64,000 nucleotides of DNA, taken from assembly GCA_963744995.1 (NCBI GenBank), contig CAVUWA010000005.1, positions 360,334-424,333 on the forward strand. Direction: 5' to 3'. This DNA comes from Candidatus Eiseniibacteriota bacterium (GTDB taxonomy: Bacteria > Eisenbacteria > RBG-16-71-46). A program made the position numbers and the translations under genes. The first letter of the stretch is position 1. Each line of letters starts with the position of its first letter. The notes below the pieces were generated by a model, which had not been told where the DNA came from, did not search any database, and saw only the letters and a list, made by a program, of their open reading frames with translations. Shown here in pieces: positions 59,505-64,000 of this stretch.

Positions 59505-59815
59505 GGCGGTGTCCCTTCGGTCGTGCGACCCGGAGACCTGTCCTCGTGGCGGAGGGCTCACGGATCGGATCCCGTTCGCGTTTATAGCCCAAGATCGGGA
59601 CGCCGGCCGAGGTGGTCCAAAGGTATCCGGCTCGGCCGACCGGAGCGGCGGCAGTGAGATCGGGTCCGTTCTGACTGCAGCCGCGCCAGGCGGGTTCGGG
59701 CGTGACGGGCGCGGGTCCCGGCACGGACCGGCCGGCACCGGACGGGCGGACCGGAGCGTCACGGACCAGTCAGTCAGGACGCAACCTTCCGCTTCGCCCG
59801 GCCATCTAAGTCTGC

Positions 59816-60551
59816 ATGCACGAGTCGGGCACTTTTCGCATGGGCCCCCACACCGATTCCGGCGGCCATGCGCACGACGGCTGCACCTGTGTGTTGCTGC
59901 TGGAAGGGAAGCTTCGCGGAACGGGTCGGGCGCACGTGGCGGACGGTCGGCCGGGAACCCTTCGCGTCTCGGCAGCGGCAAGGCACGACATCGACTTCGG
60001 TCCTGCAGGGTGCCCGCTGCCTCTGGTGGAAGCGGATCGCGGAAGGCGGCTCGCCGTGCTGCATCGCCTCGAGCGACCACGCTTCGTGGAAGCGGACGGC
60101 TGGCTGCGGGACGTGGTTCACGCATCGTCGCCATCGGTGAGACCGCCCGACCCGGCCCGCCACATCGTGCTCGACGGGCTCGTCGTGGAGCTGCTGGCCC
60201 AGCTCGAGCGGATGTTCGACGGCCGGCTGAACGCCGCCGCCATCCTGGTTGGCTCGCGTGCGGGAGCGGCTGCACGAGGATCCGGGCGCCGCGACGGTGT
60301 CGGCCCTGGCCAGGGACGCCGGGGTGCACCGCGTCCACCTGGCGCGCGCCTTTCGAGATCACTTCGGCGTCCCGGTGACGGTGTACGCGCGGCGCGTGCG
60401 TCTCGCGCTCGCCCACCGGCTGTTGGTCACGACCACCCTGCCGCTCACGCAGGTGGCGGTCTCGGCGGGCTTCGCGGATCAGAGCCATCTCACCCGGGCC
60501 ATGCGGACCGCGTACGGGGCCACCCCTGGCGCCATACGACGCGGAAGGTAA
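59816..60551 (+). pseudogene. AraC-family transcriptional regulator, multiply frameshifted
   Basis: C-terminal HTH 'LARDAGVHRVHLARAF...GFADQSHLTR' intact from about 60235; cupin pieces ('HAHD', 'GSFAE', 'HDIDFG') are spread over different frames. Confidence 0.8.
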
Positions 60552-60590
60552 CATCCGTTCAAGACAGGCTCTCCCCGGCCGGTATAGAGT
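60549..60590 (+). promoter_or_regulatory. Putative AraC-activated promoter of the downstream gene
   Basis: 'TAACATCCGTTCAAGAC' right after the araC stop, followed by a TAGAGT -10-like box at 60585-60590. Confidence 0.4.
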
Positions 60591-60648
60591 TTGGCCGTCA
60601 CGTGATCGGCCCCAGGACGGGCGCGCTCGCCCACCACGACGAGGACCT

Positions 60649-62310
60649 ATGACTCTCCGGACGGTGATGATCCTCTGCATGCTGCTCCTGCCTGCCGGCG
60701 CGGCCACGTCTGCTCGGGCGCAGATCTCCTTCGAGGCGGCTCGATGGCGGGAGGATGTGCGCGTTCTGGCCCGCGAAATTCCGGCCCGGCACCCGGACGC
60801 CTTCTACCGGATGTCTCGTGCCCGGTGGGATTCGGCGACGACGGCGACGGAGCGCCGCATGCCGTCGCTCACGCGCGACCAGGCGATCGTCGCACTGATG
60901 CAGCTCGTGGCGCTCGTTCATGACGGGCACACTGCCATCAACCCGTTCTTCACGCCCGTTCCCGGCCTGCGGTACTACCCGCTCGAGTTCTACGCGTTCG
61001 AGGACGGGTTGTTCATCCGCTCCAGTTCGCCGGACGATGCAAACCTGGCCGGTGCCAGAGTGATCCGCATCGGGCGGGTCAGTGTGGAGGAGGCGCTGCG
61101 GGCAGCCGCAACGATCGTCTCGCACGAGAACGAATGGTGGGTGAAGGCCTGGGCACCGGTATGGCTGGGAATTCCCGAGCTGCTGGACGGCCTGGGGCTG
61201 GTGGATGACATGGAACACCTGCCTCTCGTCGTGGAGCGGGCGGGTCGCCGGGATACGGTGGTCATCCGTCCGGCAGGAACGCTGAAGCCGCCGACCGGTC
61301 ACCATCGCGCATCGGATATCATCGCTCGCGACGGCTGGACCGACATGCGGGAGCCCGGCACGACGCCGCTGTGGCTGAGGCACCGCGACCGCCTGTACTG
61401 GATGGCGTATCAGGCGAATGATCGCACTCTGTACGTGTGTTACCGGGGCGTGGCAGACATGGTTCGCCCGCCGAGCGTGACGGAATTCTGGAGCCAGGTG
61501 TTCGCGCTCGTGGATTCGCTTCCTGTCACCCGCTTCGTTCTGGACGTGCGAGAGAACACCGGCGGCAATTCCTTCTACAACCGTCAGGTCGTGCGGGGTC
61601 TGATCGCCCATCCCGCGCTCGACCGCCCCGACCGGCTGTTCGTCATCATCGGCCGCCGCACGTTCTCCGCCGCGATGAACCTGGCGCGCGACCTTCGCAA
61701 GTGGACGAATGCCACGTTCGTCGGCGAGCCCACCGGCAACGCGATGTACTTCTTCGGCGACCACGAGCAGCTGCGCCTGCCTGCGAGCGGACTGGCCGTG
61801 AACGTGTCCTCACTGCCATGGCCGCCGTACGATGCCCGCGAGCGCGGCGCGTTTCTGCCCCCGCAAGTCTATGCTCCGATGACGTCTGCGGAGTACCGCC
61901 GGAACGTCGATCCCGCGATGCGGGCGATCCTGGAACGGGGCGCCGGCCCGGGGGTCATCGAGCGCGTGAGAACTGCCGTGGGCGCGGGAGACACCGTGAC
62001 GGCCTCACGCTGGATCGAAGCCGCCCGCACCGACGTGGCGAACCGGTTCCGCAGCCCCGAGGGAGACGTGAACCGGTTGGGGTACCGGTTGCTGCACGAA
62101 GGACGAGTCCGGGAAGCGCTCGCGGTCTTTCGTCTCAACGCACGGTCCTTTCCGAGCTCCGCGAACGCCTGGGACAGTCTGGGCGAGGCGTTGATCAGCG
62201 CAGGTGAGCGGGCGGCCGCCATCGCCGCCTATACTCGCGCGTTGGAGATCGACCCGCGCTTTCCGGCCAGCCGTAACGCGCTTGCACGGCTGGGTGTCGC
62301 GCCCCCATGA
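60649..62310 (+). CDS. Secreted S41-like peptidase with C-terminal TPR
   Basis: Signal peptide, 'DGHT', 'LDVRENTGG', 'RRTFSAA', 'VGEPTG', TPR 'NRLGY...ANAWDSLGEA'. Confidence 0.8.
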   Translation: MTLRTVMILCMLLLPAGAATSARAQISFEAARWREDVRVLAREIPARHPDAFYRMSRARWDSATTATERRMPSLTRDQAIVALMQLVALVHDGHTAINPFFTPVPGLRYYPLEFYAFEDGLFIRSSSPDDANLAGARVIRIGRVSVEEALRAAATIVSHENEWWVKAWAPVWLGIPELLDGLGLVDDMEHLPLVVERAGRRDTVVIRPAGTLKPPTGHHRASDIIARDGWTDMREPGTTPLWLRHRDRLYWMAYQANDRTLYVCYRGVADMVRPPSVTEFWSQVFALVDSLPVTRFVLDVRENTGGNSFYNRQVVRGLIAHPALDRPDRLFVIIGRRTFSAAMNLARDLRKWTNATFVGEPTGNAMYFFGDHEQLRLPASGLAVNVSSLPWPPYDARERGAFLPPQVYAPMTSAEYRRNVDPAMRAILERGAGPGVIERVRTAVGAGDTVTASRWIEAARTDVANRFRSPEGDVNRLGYRLLHEGRVREALAVFRLNARSFPSSANAWDSLGEALISAGERAAAIAAYTRALEIDPRFPASRNALARLGVAPP

Positions 62311-62497
62311 GGGCGTAGCGATGCCGGGGTGAACACGGACTCGCGAGGACGGGATCGACTTCGTCCACCCGGAAGCGAGGGAAAGTGACTGCGCGGGTGA
62401 ACGTGATCCGGCCTCGAGCCGCTGAGCCTCCGGGCCGAGCCGGTGGGCCCCGCTCGCCTGTTGTTCACGATCCCCCCGGCCCGCTACCCTGACGTCC

Positions 62498-63724
62498 ATG
62501 CCCGGACCCAGAGTGCTCGTGATGGTGCTGGCGGGCGGCGAAGGCAAGCGGCTCGCTCCGCTGACGAACGACCGGGCGAAGCCTGCGGTGCCGTTCGGCG
62601 GCGCGTACCGGATCATCGACTTCGTGCTGTCGAACTTCGCCAACGCCGGCTACCTGAAGATCGTCGTCCTCACGCAGTACAAGAGCCACAGCCTCGACCG
62701 TCACGTCGCCCAGACCTGGCAGTTCTCCCACCTGCTCGGCGAGTACGTCACCACGGTGCCGGCCCAGATGCGGCGCGGCCCGGCGTGGTTCCGGGGCTCC
62801 GCCGACGCGATCTACCAGAATTTCAACCTGATCGACGACGAGGACCCGGACGTGGTCTGCGTATTCGGGGCCGATCACATCTATCGCATGGATCCGCGCC
62901 AGATGGTCGCCGCGCACGTCGCGGGGGGCGCCGGCGTGACGGTCGCGGCGATTCCGGTGCCGCGCGACGAGGCGTCGGACTTCGGCGTGATCGAGTCGGA
63001 CGCCGCGGGACGCATCATCGCGTTCCACGAGAAGGTCCCGAACCCGCCGCCGATGCCAGGCGACGAGACCCGCTGCCTCGCCAGCATGGGCAATTACGTA
63101 TTCGATAAGCAGACCCTGCTCGACATCGTCACCCCGTCCGAGGAGGAGCGGCTCGTCGACATGGGAGGCGACGTGATTCCGGCGCTCACGCGCCGCGGTG
63201 TCGCGAAGGTCTACGACTTTTCGACGAACGTGGTTCCGGGTCAGGACGAACGCGAGCGCGGCTACTGGCGCGACGTCGGGACGCTCGACGCCTACTTCGA
63301 CGCCAACATGGATCTGATCGCACCGGTGCCGGTCTTCAACCTCTACAACGACCTCTGGCCCGTCTACACTTTCCGCAAGGCGCTGCCGCCAGCCAAGGTG
63401 TCGCGCGGGTCCCGCGGCGAGCCTTCGTTCGTCGACGGATCGCTGCTCTGTCAGGGGTCGATCGTGTCGGGCTCCCACGTCGAGCGCTCGATCATCAGCC
63501 AGAGCGTGTTCATCGATCACGATGCCCACGTCACCGATGCGATCCTCATGGAAGGCGTCCGCGTCGGGCCCGGGGCGCGCCTCAAGCGCTGCATCATCGA
63601 CAAGAACGTCATCGTTCCCCCCGGGGCGCAGATCGGCTGCGACGCCGACGACGATGCGCGCCGCTACAAGATCAGCGATCACGGCATCGTCGTGGTCGAG
63701 AAGGGCCGCCGCATCGAACGCTGA
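62498..63724 (+). CDS. glgC: Glucose-1-phosphate adenylyltransferase
   Basis: 'LAGGEGKRLAPLT.DRAKPAVPFGG.YRIIDF', 'SMGNY', 'YWRDVGT'. Confidence 0.97.
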   Translation: MPGPRVLVMVLAGGEGKRLAPLTNDRAKPAVPFGGAYRIIDFVLSNFANAGYLKIVVLTQYKSHSLDRHVAQTWQFSHLLGEYVTTVPAQMRRGPAWFRGSADAIYQNFNLIDDEDPDVVCVFGADHIYRMDPRQMVAAHVAGGAGVTVAAIPVPRDEASDFGVIESDAAGRIIAFHEKVPNPPPMPGDETRCLASMGNYVFDKQTLLDIVTPSEEERLVDMGGDVIPALTRRGVAKVYDFSTNVVPGQDERERGYWRDVGTLDAYFDANMDLIAPVPVFNLYNDLWPVYTFRKALPPAKVSRGSRGEPSFVDGSLLCQGSIVSGSHVERSIISQSVFIDHDAHVTDAILMEGVRVGPGARLKRCIIDKNVIVPPGAQIGCDADDDARRYKISDHGIVVVEKGRRIER

Positions 63725-63783
63725 GCCGTCCGCGGGGCGACCCGGATGCCCGCGCCCGAGCGGGCGGGCCGAGGGCGGCCCGA

Positions 63784-64000
63784 TCAGCCGGGCGGCCAGG
63801 CCAGCGGGCGTCCGCCCAGCAGGTGCAGGTGCAGGTGCTGCACCGACTGTCCGCCGTCCTGGCCCACGTTGGTGACGACGCGCCACCCGTTTTCCAGCTT
63901 CTCGTCGCGCGCGATCCGCGCCGCCAGCGCGAACATCTCGGCCAGGAGCGCCGCATGGTTCGCCTCGAGCGCGGCTGCCGAATCGGCGACGTGTTCCTTC
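63784..64000 (-). CDS. Histidine triad (HIT/HinT-like) protein, 3' part
   Basis: Hand translation ends '[34 protein letters not shown]'. Confidence 0.92.
   Translation of the reverse strand, partial: KEHVADSAAALEANHAALLAEMFALAARIARDEKLENGWRVVTNVGQDGGQSVQHLHLHLLGGRPLAWPPG

Noticed and set aside
56928..60707. 1259-aa ORF
   Set aside because: Only 56928-58547 is the ACAD; the upstream part is non-coding read-through plus pieces of a frameshifted gene.

Overview
A 64-kb, very GC-rich bacterial chromosomal segment. I see no rRNA, tRNA, CRISPR array, prophage or transposase. Many secreted proteins end either in a FlgD-Ig/T9SS-like C-terminal domain or in a short 'TWGxxK...R-stop' tail, which suggests an FCB-adjacent lineage such as Ca. 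Eisenbacteria (inference only). Contents in order: a partial ECF sigma factor, an NHL/TPR protein, a MATE-like protein, an FHA-GAF-PP2C phosphatase plus Ser/Thr kinase pair, MFS, S9 peptidase, a wzm/wzt/pyruvyl-transferase operon, an NHEJ locus (MerR-HTH/TPR, ku, ligD), an ECF/anti-sigma-like/TPR-CHAT protease module facing a secreted FG-GAP protein, spmAB, an M36 protease, a TMTC-like GT-C plus a GT2, a GH144-like glucanase, oppACB, an ECF/kinase/FG-GAP module, acyl-CoA dehydrogenase genes, AraC plus an S41-like peptidase, glgC and a partial HIT gene. The most striking unannotated element is a ~165-nt minus-strand transcription unit at 14660-14855. It has a near-consensus sigma70 promoter, a 16-nt site complementary to the 16S rRNA 3' end, a 13-codon TTG-initiated ORF with a second SD placed just before its stop, two hairpins and a terminator. 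It sits in a window where many genes appear leaderless. At least five genes carry single-base frameshifts, which may be assembly indels.
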